A stretch of DNA of 64,000 bases from Camelus ferus (lineage: Eukaryota): positions 94,552,001 through 94,616,000 of the forward strand of contig NC_045697.1 of the NCBI RefSeq assembly GCF_009834535.1, in the 5' to 3' direction. The notes beneath the pieces are model-generated. The model was not told the DNA's origin. It saw nothing but the letters and a program-made list of their open reading frames with translations, and did no database searches. The position numbers and the translations under genes were made by a program. Numbering within the stretch: position 1 is the stretch's first letter; each line of letters starts with the position of its first letter. Shown piece after piece: positions 24,970 through 37,298 of the stretch.

Positions 24970-27060
24970 AGTTAGATATTTCTTTTATATACATTTAGAA
25001 CCACACCAGTGTTAAAATCTTACTTTCACAATCAAACATAATTTAGAACACTCAGAAAGAGGAATTCTGCTTTATTTACCCGTAGTTTTGTTTATCATAG
25101 TCTAATTTCTTCATGTTCCAATGTTCATTTTTTTTCTTATTTCTTTTTTATTTGGAAAATGTCCCTTAGCCATTCTTTTAGGTTGGGTCTAGAGTGACAA
25201 ATTCTTTCATTTTCCTTCATCATAGAATGTCTTAATTTCCCTTGTATTCCTCAAGGTTATTTTCAGTGGATTTGAATTCTGGATCTACAGTTCTTTTCTT
25301 TAAAATGTTGTGCTACTCCATTTTGGTCTCTGGGGTTTTTAATGAGAAATCTACTGTCAATCCAATTGTTTTCCCCTAAAGCTATGGTCATTTTTCTCTT
25401 GCTGCTTTCAAGATTTTTCCTTTGTCTTTAGTTGTCAGAAGTGTCATTATGATATGTCTGGAAGGGAATTTCTTTGGGTTTATTCTGTTTGAGCTTTTCT
25501 CAGTTTCTTTAATCTTTAGGTCTGGGTCTTTTGCCAAATTTTCAGTCTTTTTTTTTTTTTTTGAGCTCTTTTTCAGTCTACCCTCTCTTCCTCTTGTCCT
25601 TCTGGGACTATGATGACACAAATGTTAGGTCTTTTGTTATAGTTCTACAGGTCTCTGAGGCCATGTTCTTTCTTTTTATTTTTTTAGTCTATTTTCTCTT
25701 TATTGTTCACAATGGGTAATTCCTGTTGTTCCATGTACCAGTTCATTGATTTTTTTCCTCTGACTTTCCCATTCTGTTGCTGAACCTGTGGACTGAAATT
25801 TGGATTTTTTGTTTGGTTGGTTGGGGTTTTTTTGTTGTTGTTGTTGTTGTTATTGTGTTTTCCAGTTTTAAAACTTGCATTTGGCTCTTCTATTTCATTG
25901 ATATGCTTTCTTTTTCTTCACTGTGACCTTCTATTTTTCATTTGTTTCAATCATGTTTGTAATTGCTCACTGTAGCACTTTTATAATAACTTCTTCAAAA
26001 TCTTTGTAAGACAATTCTATTATGTTATGTTATGTCTGTCCTCTTAAGTTTAAATCTATTGATTGGCTTTTTTCATTTAGTTTTAGATTACCTTGGTTCT
26101 TGTATGATTTGTAATTTTTTATTGAGGTATAACTGACATATAATATTAGTTTCAGATGTACTACATAATGATTTGTAGTGTATATATTGCAAAATGTTCA
26201 CCACAGTAAGCTAGTTAACATCCATCACCATATACAGTTATAGAATTTTTTCTTATGATAAGAACTTTAAACATCTACTCTCTTAGCAACTTTTCACTAT
26301 GCAATACAGTATTATTAACAATAGTCACCATGTTACACATTACATCCTCATGATTTACTTTTTTCATAACTGCAAGTTTATACCTTTTGACCTCCTTCAC
26401 CCATTCTGCCCAACTCACCCCTGCCTCTGGCAACAACCAATCTATTCCCTGTTAATAGGATGTTTTTTAATTGAAATTTGGATATTAAGTTACTATACTC
26501 TGAGTCTTATTTAAACCTTTGTTTTAGCTGGTATCTTCTGAACTGCTCTTGTAGTAAAAGCCCAAATTCCTCATTTCACCTCCTTGGTCCCCAGTGATGA
26601 GGATCCTCATTATTGCCAGATAGGAGTGGCCATTCTGGCTCTCAGCCAGACCTTCAATGTGCTTCTTTGACCAGAAGGGACAGGAATACCTCACTATTGC
26701 CCCCCAACCCCCATGTGGCCTCCAGTGATACCACAGGGTAGGGGTTTAATAATCTCTTAACCCCCTGGGCTCTGGTGCAAATCCTTATTATTCAATCAAG
26801 ACAAATCTGGCACTACTCTAGCAGAGGGCACAGGATGCCTCCCAACTGCACACTGGGATGGATGAAGTAGATCTCTGTTTATTTTAGTTTTTGAACAAGT
26901 CTGATTTCTAGCCTTCACATTATTAACCTACTTTATGTTGAATAAGCCTCTCCAGCTCTTCCTTTTCAGTTCAGAGATGACCTAAATACTTAGAGCCCGA
27001 TGGTTCTACACTGTATTTTATCAGTTCTAATATGTCACTGATTGTGAGACCAATTGTAGC
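24970..27060 (-). mobile_element. old L1 ORF1 and 5' UTR relic (interrupted at 26115-26452)
   Basis: ORF 25388-25621(-) encodes ...NRINPKKFPSRHIIMTLLTTKDKGKILKAAREK, homologous to the L1 ORF1p RRM region; GC-richer 5' UTR-like tract at 26540-27060. Confidence 0.8.
26115..26452 (-). mobile_element. L1MA9-like 3' end
   Basis: TTTATTGAGGTATAACTGACATA...AGAACTTTAA..ATCTACTCTCTTAGCAACTTT...CCTCTGGCAACAACCAATCT. Confidence 0.9.
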
Positions 27061-27639
27061 TATAACTAAATGGAAGTAAGGTATATATCAAACTCATGCT
27101 ACGTCCCAATTCCAGCAATACTATGCCTGGGGGAGGGGTTGTCTTACTTAGGATAAAGAAAAAGAAATATATGATTTGCCTTTTCAAGTTTTCAATTTCT
27201 GGCACTCAGTGTGCGCATTTTTACAATCAGTGAGTGAATGAAGAAGCATCAATGTAGAGCAACAGGTATACTTGTGAGGTACAAGTGTACCATCATTAAA
27301 ACTACAATTCCAAAGAATGTTCAATAACACATTGCAAAGCTAACATTTTAATGCTGAATAAAATTATAAAACAAAACCAATTGAAAAACTAAATATGTTA
27401 CCGTATGCCCTCTCTTCTTACAAATGCCCTGCTTGATTTTTTTTCACAATTTTCTGCATCTTACATATGGCCAATATCTTTGTAATCATATACTAGAAAA
27501 TGGTTAATTTTGAATATAGCAGAAGATACAAATAATATCTCGTTTATATTATCCATAGTCACAATGAGCGCTGATAAATTTGAAAGTCATGTATTCAACT
27601 AAATAGCTCATCTTGTAAAACAGTATGAAGTATCCAGCC

Positions 27640-27952
27640 CAGAGTTTTGAATGTGTTTGGAGTTCTTGCAGCCCTGGCTCACCAGTGAGTCATGGTGAAT
27701 CCATTTGACTAGAGTCAGCCAGGTAATCTCTCTTTACAAAGATTTTGAATTTTGAACATAATGAAGCAGAGTGGAATAAAACAGAATATTTTCATACAAG
27801 CACCAGTACCTTAAAATTAATTTTTTTGTTTTTTATTTCCTATCTTCAATTGTGACAATTGATTCTGTAACCATCCAGGTAGTTTTTAAAGAGTTCTGTA
27901 TTTTTTCTCATTCTTAATCAGATTTGGTTACTGTTATTTACTACCAAAAAAC
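27640..27952 (+). mobile_element. old MLT1 LTR fragment
   Basis: AGAGTCAGCCAGG...AGATTTTGAATT...; ends CTTAATCAGATTTGGTTACTGTTATTTACTACCAAAAA, an MLT1-like 3' end. Confidence 0.5.
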
Positions 27953-28733
27953 AAACAACCCCCCCCCAAATCCCAAGTTATATTTGCAGAAACTTAGGCA
28001 AAATTATAAGTTGTTAAAAAATACGTAAATGTACCACAATTTAGCAAATGGTGACTTCACGTGGTGATATTAAGGGTAATTTTAAAATTTTTCTTATTTT
28101 TCTCTGGCATTAACAAAATAAGCCAATTTTTGATATCATTTTTATAATCAATAAAGACATTTTAAGAGTACACAATGCAGAATATAGAGCAATAGGAATT
28201 GGAGAACCAAGGCAAATCAAAGTGAGGACTTGCTCACTAGGTATCACAGCTCTCTACACAGTCATTTGTTTACGGAACCATGAGTGACAAAGTAGACATG
28301 GACACATTACATAATGGCTGCACACTGAGTACCTTATGTCAGCTTTTGCTGAGATGAAGTTTTTAGTTAATTTCTTAATTCAAGAAGTCATTATTTTCCT
28401 ACAAATAAAATTAAATAAGGAAAACTACATACACAAATATTATTCAATTCCTTTTTTTCCCTTCATTCCTCTCCCTTTTTTCCCTCTAATAATAAAATCA
28501 TTGAATTGATTTTGATGGTAATTGTATCAAGATCTCCAATCTTGGTTCCATCATGTCTTCTTTTGAAAATCATGACATTTCTGTCTCTGCAGTTGTATGA
28601 CTTAACCCGATGCTGATATGACCAACATCATCACACCATACCTACAGTCCAAATTTGTCTGGGTCACTTTTGTGTAAAAAATGCCCACGAGAGAAAGGAT
28701 AAAAGATATGTCTGAGTTCAAGCAGGGCTTTTG

Positions 28734-29829
28734 TATTTTAATGATGGAGAATGCATTTGGAAGTAATTTCCCATCTGATGTTGAACTATTTGGAGGATGG
28801 ATTTAAGGATGTTTCAATACATTTTGTACATAATCAATTACATTTATAAAAACCATAAGTAACTAAATGAGCTATTCACAAATAGGCTATATATACCTTT
28901 GGTACTATGCATTAGGGTAGAATTGAATTTTGAGTATGGATTCAAATATGCAGAATATATAATTTTCTATTATCCATTATCTCAGTAAACTCTGATGAAA
29001 ATTTTAAAATCACTACCATCTACAGCTAAATAATTATTCTTTTTAATTCACATTTCTCCTGCTGTAAATTGGTGATCAAACTAAAATATCTGAGAAGCAG
29101 ACAAATTAAAAAAAATTTTTTAGTAATATTTACACTTCACACCAGAATGACCACTTTTTTATACTTTATTTGAAAATAAATAAATTAAATTATGTTGTAA
29201 ACTTAAATGAATTTTAAACTCAGGATTTTAATGCAAAAAATAAAACATAATAGAGAAAAATATATTTTCTTTAGAAAATTGCCTCTTTAGGTAACCCAGT
29301 TTTTCATATGATACTATTTCAGTGCTACTGTATATCCATATGGTAGAAACTACAAAATGAATGGATGAAGAATATTATTTTCTTGATGGGCAAAGTACTG
29401 TGCATACAAATACTGCACCAGTCTTATAGTAATTGCGTTTTCTCTTAAAAGCTCATTGATCATATAGGTAGCAATGGTTTTGATTAAAGCACTTGATTAA
29501 TTACAATTGAATTATTTGTTATTTCTGTATGTTGCAGAAATAGCCTCAGTTTATAGGGAATATGTTACAATATTTCATATTTCTCATATTTAATCTCAAG
29601 GGTTGTAAACTTGGCTGTCGATAAGCAGCTACAGTAAATTATATTAAGAATGATTTCTAATAAAAACATTCTTGAAGATGACTAATCACCCAAAAAGCCA
29701 AATTTATTTGAACTCTAATTAATGAAGCTACATAAAGTACTAAAATATGCAACATCCCATTTCTCCTCTTAAAATAGTTCTAAATCAGATGGGAAATTAC
29801 TTTAAAATGCATTCTCTTCTATTAAAATA
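28734..29829. repeat. long-spacer inverted repeat (arms 28734-28791 and 29772-29829)
   Basis: 50/58 ungapped identity between the revcomp of the left arm and the right arm, including a perfect ATCAGATGGGAAATTACTT. Confidence 0.9.
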
Positions 29830-30089
29830 ATTTCAGCATCTAATTAGAGCAGGTATCTTTTGTAAGACATACTCTCCTTCATTATTATATAAATAATTGT
29901 TTTAACTCTTAAGTTTCCAAGTGAATTATAAATAGCTTACAGTATGTTAATTTTTTAACATTATCCTTTGGCTATGGAGGAAACCATTGCAGATAAATAA
30001 TGTCTTTAAGAAAGATCATGGTATTTTTAGACAGGTGTACAAGGAAGTATGGGCTTAGGGTTAAGACACTTGAAAGCTACTTAAATTAG

Positions 30090-30215
30090 TTATAGGTCTT
30101 GTTGCTCATGTAGAAAGTGAGTATTAGGATGTGGCAAACCTACTTCACAAGATTATCCAGATAAGATACTAAATGTATGCAGGTACTTTATAAAATATAA
30201 ATGGTTTATATAAGA
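30090..30215 (+). mobile_element. degraded MIR 3' part
   Basis: CTCATGTAGAAAGTGAG...ACCTACTTCACAAGATTAT...AATGTATG. Confidence 0.5.
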
Positions 30216-32677
30216 GAAACCGTGACTACAGGCACACTTGTAGAGAGTACACACACACACAGGATCTACATGGGTGTGTGTATATATACTCATGTACACA
30301 AATACTGGAGCTACAGAGACATTAGCCTCCGTTTTGCACATACAGTGACTGTGGCCATGTGACAAAACTATGTCATTTTTATGTTAAACTCATACTATTT
30401 TCTGTGTTATATGTGCAAAGTAATTAGACACAGCAACTAAATAATCAGCTAATTCAATCACAGCCTATGCCAGTTTTTAATCTTTTTTCCCAACTGAAGT
30501 TCTGAAGCTCCCATGTCAACTTTGATCCAACAGAAACATAAAAGAATGATAATGAACTGCTTTGAGCACAGTTTAGTTTTCAAAAAGGAAATCAAAAGTG
30601 AATGTGGTCATCGTATAGTTAAACTGGCCAGGATTTAAAAACAAACACACTTTTTAGCCCAAGTCTAACATTAGATTGGCTTAAAATAAATGATGCATAA
30701 TTGGTGGAAAGTACTCTGACTTTTGTTTGTTGGTTTTCTAATGAGGGCAAAAGTCTAAAGCTGCTTTTTTGAGAGGGGATCTTCGCCCTGTCAGGAGAAA
30801 GCCATGGAAAATCCTGAGACCACTCAGCACTCACACTACCAGTGGAAAGTTAATTGGATAATATTTGTGTTTAATAAAGAATTGCCAATTTTGATAGAAG
30901 CTGTTCTGACAGTTTCTGCCACTTCTGTCACAGATTTCTCTGAATGAATAAAGGAGTATTGTCACATCTGTTTGTCAGGTAGAGAAGAAAGATAACCACA
31001 GTAAACCACAGTATGAACACGAAACAGGTGAGCTTCCCAAAGGCATGAGTTAGAAGGGAAAGGAGGCCACGAGAGAGGACACTGCATAGACAGTCCCAGG
31101 CAACATAACATCAAATCAATGAAAGAAATGATATCACTGTGTTTCTGAGATCAATTCACTCTCAGAATCTATGCTTAGTCCCTCAGAGTCAGCATCATTT
31201 ACAGAATGTAAACCTTGGACACGGAGGAGTCCTGTCACAGTGAAAGCTCCTTTTATTTTATTGTTTTCAACATTCAAGTTCCAGAGCTAGTAGTGTTTTT
31301 CTTTTCACTATAACATTTCTTGCCACTATGGCAAAAGTTAAAAATTTCTCCTGGTAGCTTAATCATCTGCATCAAAACAAACACTTCTCGGTTTCTAAAA
31401 CATGGCTTTCATCTCAAAAAAGACTTGTGAATAGATTACCAAAACACTGGCATCTGAGCATGTGGTAAATCTCCAAAAGCTCTGTACATTTTGTTTCTAG
31501 TATACATTAAAAATCATGTTAGAAGTAATAACTAATTTTTCTGCACAGCAAAACCCTGTCTCAGGCACATATGAACCATATTTTCATAATTTGTACTTTG
31601 ATTTAGAAGAATATTGTATGGATACAGGACATACATTTGGAGATTTTGTGTTGGTGTCTGTATCTTCAGTACTGACAACAACTCTGTGTAATTAACGTCC
31701 ATCCTTCACTGATTTGAATAAAGTGTTTTACGTTTGTAACATTAGGACAAAATCTAATTATGCAGAGTGAATTAGATGGAGAGCTATTAATATCATGATT
31801 TTGCCTATCTTAGCTCAGTATTTAAGGAACTTAATTTCACTGCTAACCCATTTCTGAAATTTTCACTAGTGGTCATATGCACACTGAGGCATACTTTTTT
31901 TTCTCTAGAAATACTGGATAGCGAGGCAGCTGTTTAGCAAAACAGACAAGAACAAGACAATTGCCTCAATTTTCCACAGGACCTCAGCTCTAGAGATATT
32001 ACCCATGGGTGTAAAATGAGGAGAGCTTTAAAACTCTTATTAGGCAGCTACTTTCCTGCCTTTCAAAGGTTCCTTTGCACTTTTACATTTGAGGAAAATG
32101 GGTGGAATTTTTTTTTTCCATTCCTACTCAATTTATCTTAGTCTTCTTTCCTACAGCTGCTTTACTTCTAACCTACCATCTCTTTTTACAGTAGTCTTGA
32201 CAACACATTTGCTGTGTTGTGTGTAAGTCTAGGCAAATCACTCACCCTTGATGATGCTTCTACAGCAGTGATGAACTCTTTGGTGGGCTGATGTGAGCAA
32301 AGATGTGATTGCCATGAATGTACCATCACTTAATTATATATATTTTATGTATGTATACACGTATATAAAAAGATCTTCAAACTCACTAGTAATCTAAAGA
32401 ATGCATATTAAAGTGACAATGAGATACAATTTTACAACTATTAGAAGGGAAAACATGTCAGACTACCAGTGCTGATGGCAATGGTGAGCACTGGGGCCTG
32501 CTGTTGGAAGTGTAAATGAACACAGTCCTGTAGTGGAGAGAGCAGGTGTTGCCTTATGGTTGAACATGGGAATAGCCTAGGATCCAGTTCCACTGTTAAG
32601 CGTAGATGCTAGAGAAACTCTTACATATGTGCATTCACAATAATGCTTAAACATGTTCGTAACAGTCTTTAAAAAAT

Positions 32678-33317
32678 TGTTAGGAATCTTGTTGTCTTCA
32701 CAGAGAGAATTAAATACAAAAAAATTGTTAACTAGGTGTAATTTTTTTAAAGTAGGTATCAGAAAAGGCAGAAAGAGAACAGGAAGCTTTCACATGGGTA
32801 CAACTGTAGGGAGCAACTAATAACCTAGGATTAAGGGGAACAATGAAAAAGATTGGAAGTATTGAGACTCAAAAGCTTAGGGAGAAAACCCTGCAGAGCT
32901 GAAACAGAGCCGAGGCCTCTGAGAAGAGAGTGGTGGGCTTGGCTCTAGACCCCTGAGTCAAAGGCACCAGTTACCAGTGTCTCTCTGAGGCAAAACAAGG
33001 AAGTTTTGCAAATTTTTGTAAAATTAGCAAACTGATCTAGCTATTGCTATAGGAAGGAACTGCTATTGCTAAATTCTTTCTAGGATGATTCTCAAGGAAG
33101 CAGACAGAAGCAACAGGAAGCAAATAAGAAAACGTAAGACTATTCTTCCTCCTCCAGCCTTGTAGTGTCCCCAGAACACCCCCCGCCCCATTCATGGAAC
33201 CTAACTGGAAGTAAGCTAACAACATAGAAATGTGATTTTCAGAAGCCCCAGAATCACATAGTAGGGTGTAGAGTTATACGTTTGGAGTTGAAGATTGATA
33301 ACCTAATAACTGCCAAA
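32678..33317 (-). mobile_element. ERVL-class LTR (LTR33/LTR41-like)
   Basis: GGAACCTAACTGGAAG...AGAAATGTGATTTTCAG..GCCCCAG..TCACA...TTTGGAGTTGAAG...TAATAACTGCCA, reverse of an LTR33-type 5' end. Confidence 0.6.
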
Positions 33318-33390
33318 ACTGGAGAGAACCTAAATGTCTACCATTGAGACAACTAAATTACGGTATGTTAATGAGGTAATATACTATACT

Positions 33391-34890
33391 TCTGAATCAG
33401 TTAAGTGTTGTACAAAACCACTATCTACAAAACAACATTGGAATGCAAGAAAAAGCATTTATTTCTCACGGGTCAGCAGGACGGATCTTTATCTGGGGGT
33501 GGCCTGAGAGTTGGCTGATCTCGGCTGGGCTTGACTGTGGCGGGTAACCCTCTCTCAAGGTTCAAGTCTAGATGTTTCTGGTCTGTTCTGGAGTGCGACT
33601 CCAGGAGGAGCAGCACTATTAGTGATGGCAGAAGCACATGAGGACAAGCTGGAAAATGCAAAGTTCTTTTAAGACTTGGACTTGGAACTGGCACTTTCAC
33701 TTCTGCCACAGCAAATTTGCCCTAGCAAATCACATAACCAAGCTCCAAGTCATGGTCCCAGGAAGAACACCCCACCATGTCCTCCACCCCGAGGCAGTGC
33801 CAAGATTGTAAGTGTGACAGCTAAAGAATTGTGGCTAATAGTTCAATTTACCATAGGCTTCCCTCTTAGCCACAATTACCCATAACCGTCCCACATGCAA
33901 AATGCAGTCACCCTCATTTTAGGACCTGGTAAGCCTCACCTAATCCTGACACCAGGATCTCATTAAATACATTAGACCCTCAGGTCTGAGTGAAGTTTGT
34001 GGATCCAGAGGCCTGTGAATTAAAAAGTTATCTGCTCTGTGCACAACCAGTCTTCAATTGTCAAACAATGACAAGGAAAATCACAATAAGCACTGTAATT
34101 AAAAAAAAAAAAAGGTAGAATGAGAATCATGGGATAATCTTTAGTCCATAGAAATTCTGAATTCCACTGGGAAATCTCTCTGAGTACCCTTAGAGTAGGA
34201 AAAGTACCTTGTTTAGCCTTCCATTCTGCAAACTGGGAGTGGCTTCAACCACTTTTCTCCCATGCTCTGGTCTTTGCTCTTTGGGAGTTTCTTCCTTTTT
34301 TCCTTTTATTCTCCTTTGCCATTTCTTAAGAAGACTTTGAAATATATGCTTTTTGCCCACTCTGCTCTCTGCCTGTAGAAAGCTGAGGGCTCAGGTGTCC
34401 TCTCACATAACTTAGTACCTCAGTCCTGTTTAGTTCAGGTGTCAAATGCTTCCACCAATGTGGATTTCTCTAAAAAACATTTTGGGCTTTCTAGATATTT
34501 GGTTCTAATCAAGTTAGTGTGCCAAAAGTCATATGCACAATTCTTGTTAAGATATGCCTCTCTCTGGAGTCAAGTAGAAATTCTTGGAACACATTAGGAT
34601 TCCGTATGTCTATGCTGTCAATTTCTCTTGAAGTCTATTTCCATTTGAAATGATAACAAGTTGTCACCAGATTTTTTTTTTAAGTTTTTAAGAAAAAGTT
34701 GCGATGGTTTTGGCTTTGACTAGTTCTGCAAGTCCAGTGCCACCTATTTTAAATTTTTTTTCAGTTCAAAGCCACAACATATCAACATGCCCACAATCAA
34801 TGCATAGGGGAGTGTACTTGTTCATGATGAAGCCTTAGCAGGAGTGTGGATACAAGAGGGATTAAAGAACAGGGGCCAGTCATTAAACAG
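33391..34890 (-). mobile_element. MLT1H-like proviral remnant: LTR (33391-33855), internal (33856-34765), partial LTR (34766-34890)
   Basis: GCATTTATTTCTCAC...GGCTGGGCTTGAC...GGAACTGGCACTTTCACTTCTGCCAC; the internal part starts ...TCCCACATGCAAAAT; LTR-like GGAGTGTGGATACAAGAGGG..AAGAA near 34850. Confidence 0.75.
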
Positions 34891-35627
34891 AGTTTCAGTG
34901 AAAGGACATCTACCAGGGCTACACACATTGACGTGGTTGCATTACAACACTTAGTGGTAAGTGAAAGAAGCAAATCACAGAAGAATATACACCATAAGCT
35001 TACTTTTAAATAAAATTAAAAATATGGACAATTAAACAATGTATACTCTAAGGAAAAATACATAGTTGATAGAAATATTTGAAAATAATATCGAGGAATT
35101 GTTCCTCAGTTTAAGGACAGGTTTTACCTCAAGGTGGTAGAGAGGGAATGAGACAAGGGCAGAAAGCATAGGGGAGTCTACAATACTGGTAATGTTTGGT
35201 TTTGGGGTGAGGAGAGATGATTCACATGTGAGATCTGATTTATTATTACTTTTGTTTAATCTGTTTCCCTAAATTGTAACATTTTTGTGTGTAGTTACTA
35301 TACTACATATATATTCTATGACATACATGTTATAAAAATGAAGTTTTAATTGACTTAGCTTTGAGAACACAATAATCAAGGAAGCATGTAGTAAGGGAGG
35401 TGGTTAATCTTGTTGTTCCGCAGAGTAGAGAATGAGAACAGGGTTTGGATAGAATGCAGAAAAAGGCCAAAAACTGGGCCAAACTGTGTCCAACTCAAAA
35501 CTTCCCTGCCCGTTCTTTTTTTCTATGCCCAACAATGCAAACTGGGGTAACTATTGTTCTCATGACAAGCACAAACATTAAGAAGATTAGTACCAGTGTA
35601 ATACTACAAGTGATATCAATAAGAAAA

Positions 35628-35663
35628 GCAAAAAAAAAAAAAAAAAAGAAGAAGCAAAAGAAA
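35628..35663. repeat. poly(A)/A-rich tract
   Basis: Run of about 19 A followed by GAA-type units. Confidence 0.9.
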
Positions 35664-35830
35664 GACTGATTGGCCGAATCAGTGATAGAGAAAGAAAGAT
35701 AATCAGGCTTATGGAACATCATGAAAAATTAAATCCAAAAGTTCACAAATTTCTTTCAGTCTACTTGTGATATATTACCCAAAGCTAAGCAGTACTTTGA
35801 TAATACTTTGGGACAATTGAAAGAAAGATT

Positions 35831-35986
35831 TATATTCAATATCTTATAATAACCTTTAATGAAAAAGAATATGAAAATGAATATGTGTATATATATGCAT
35901 GACTGGGACATGGTGCTGTACACCAGAAACTGGCACATTGTAACTGACTATACTTCAATTTAAAAAAAAAAAGAAAAAAAAAAAGA
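35831..35986 (+). mobile_element. young 5'-truncated L1 3' end (camelid-type)
   Basis: TATATTCAATATCTTATAATAACCTTTAATGAAAAAGAATATGAAAATGAATAT...GCATGACTGGGAC...GCTGTACACCAGAAA...GTAACTGACTATACTTCAATT followed by poly(A). Confidence 0.85.
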
Positions 35987-37298
35987 ATACTGCCTGCACT
36001 CCAAAGTTCCCTAATTAAAAAAAAAAAGAGAGGGATGGGCTTTGAAAGACAATTTTTTAAAGTTGCCTCATAATGAATAGAAAGAATCACAATAACTGAA
36101 ATTAGTATGCCCACCTGATGCTCATCATAATTCATTATAATTCAAAAATGCACTGGTGTTAAATTTTCAAGTATCAGTCAAAGAGCTAATTCATGGATTT
36201 GGATGGTATTTAAGATCAAACACCTTAGACTCTAAAGCTTTATTGCAATTACTAACAAATCTCTGTTATATATTTTAAACATGTTATGAATATATACGTA
36301 CATTTTACATATATTTATTTTTATGCAGATACAATATGTGGTTTCTCTAATAAATTTAAATTATGAAATTAAGTCCCAATTTCACTTAAAATGACAGGGA
36401 ACAATTACCTTTTGTAAAAGGCAATCAAATTCAAGGATATCAAGAGGATGCCTTTTGCCTTGCAAAGCACCAGCAAAAGCTCATCAAAGGAATTGCTGCC
36501 GTTTCTGGGACGCATATTTGATTAACATGCCTTAGCATTGGTATTATGCCTGTATTTTTAGGCACAAAGGTTTAATTATTAACACCCTATTCAAAATGAC
36601 TCTGTTAAAATAAATGTGACCATTTACACTCCCTTTTTATTTTCAAGAGTCTTGCAAAAAAACAAAAACAAAACCCTGTTGTCTCTGTGTTTCCCTTTCA
36701 CCCCTTGTTATTGGCTGTATCTTGCAATCAGCTAAAGAAGTGTCAATAACTAGCTCTTAATCAGCCTTTTGGTGGCTTATCCATTAAATTAAATTAATTT
36801 ACATCTTTACCCACTCATCTTTGAAGTCCTGTTGAATCAAATGGCCTTATTAAAAAAAAAATCATGTGGGATTTCACTGTTCAAAACACAAGGGTTTTTC
36901 TCATTAAGTTAACAGAAAGCTTGAAAAACAAAGTTAAATTAATATTGTCAAGAAACTCTTTCTTTGATCCTATTATTAGAAATAAAGACACATTTATGAA
37001 TACTTTTTGGAATCAAATTTTCCTAACTGAAGGAAACTATTTTAAGCACGTAATCTTAATAAGTATAGTTCATATAATCAATTTCTTCTCTCTTAAAAGA
37101 GTTATATTTTGGATGGACAAGTATTGAAGTAATCACTGAGAAGGAAATGCATGGACCACTGTGACAAGAAAGAAAAGCAGGAAAGAGCATCCTGGAGGTC
37201 AGTGTTCATCTGTGTTTCTCCTCCTCCTTTGATGCTGCTTTTTTCTTCTTCTTCCCTTCTCTCTTCCTCCCTTCTCTCCCACCTTAGTCAAAACCAAC

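Larger units (their letters stand above)
32365..35345 (+). mobile_element. L1ME 3' end split by two LTR insertions (L1 pieces ~32365-32677, 33318-33390, 34890-35345)
   Basis: TTCAAACTCACTAGTAATC...ACAATGAGATACAATTTT; resumes AACTGGAGAGAACCTAAATGTC; resumes AAGTGAAAGAAGCAAATCACAGAAGAATATAC. Confidence 0.8.

Noticed and set aside
25388..25621. 77-aa ORF with a KILKAAREK motif
   Set aside because: Relic of L1 ORF1p, broken by a poly(T) expansion and stops; no sign of domestication.
28576..28620. Strong acceptor TTTCTGTCTCTGCAG as the start of a coding exon
   Set aside because: Stops occur in all three frames within 25 nt.
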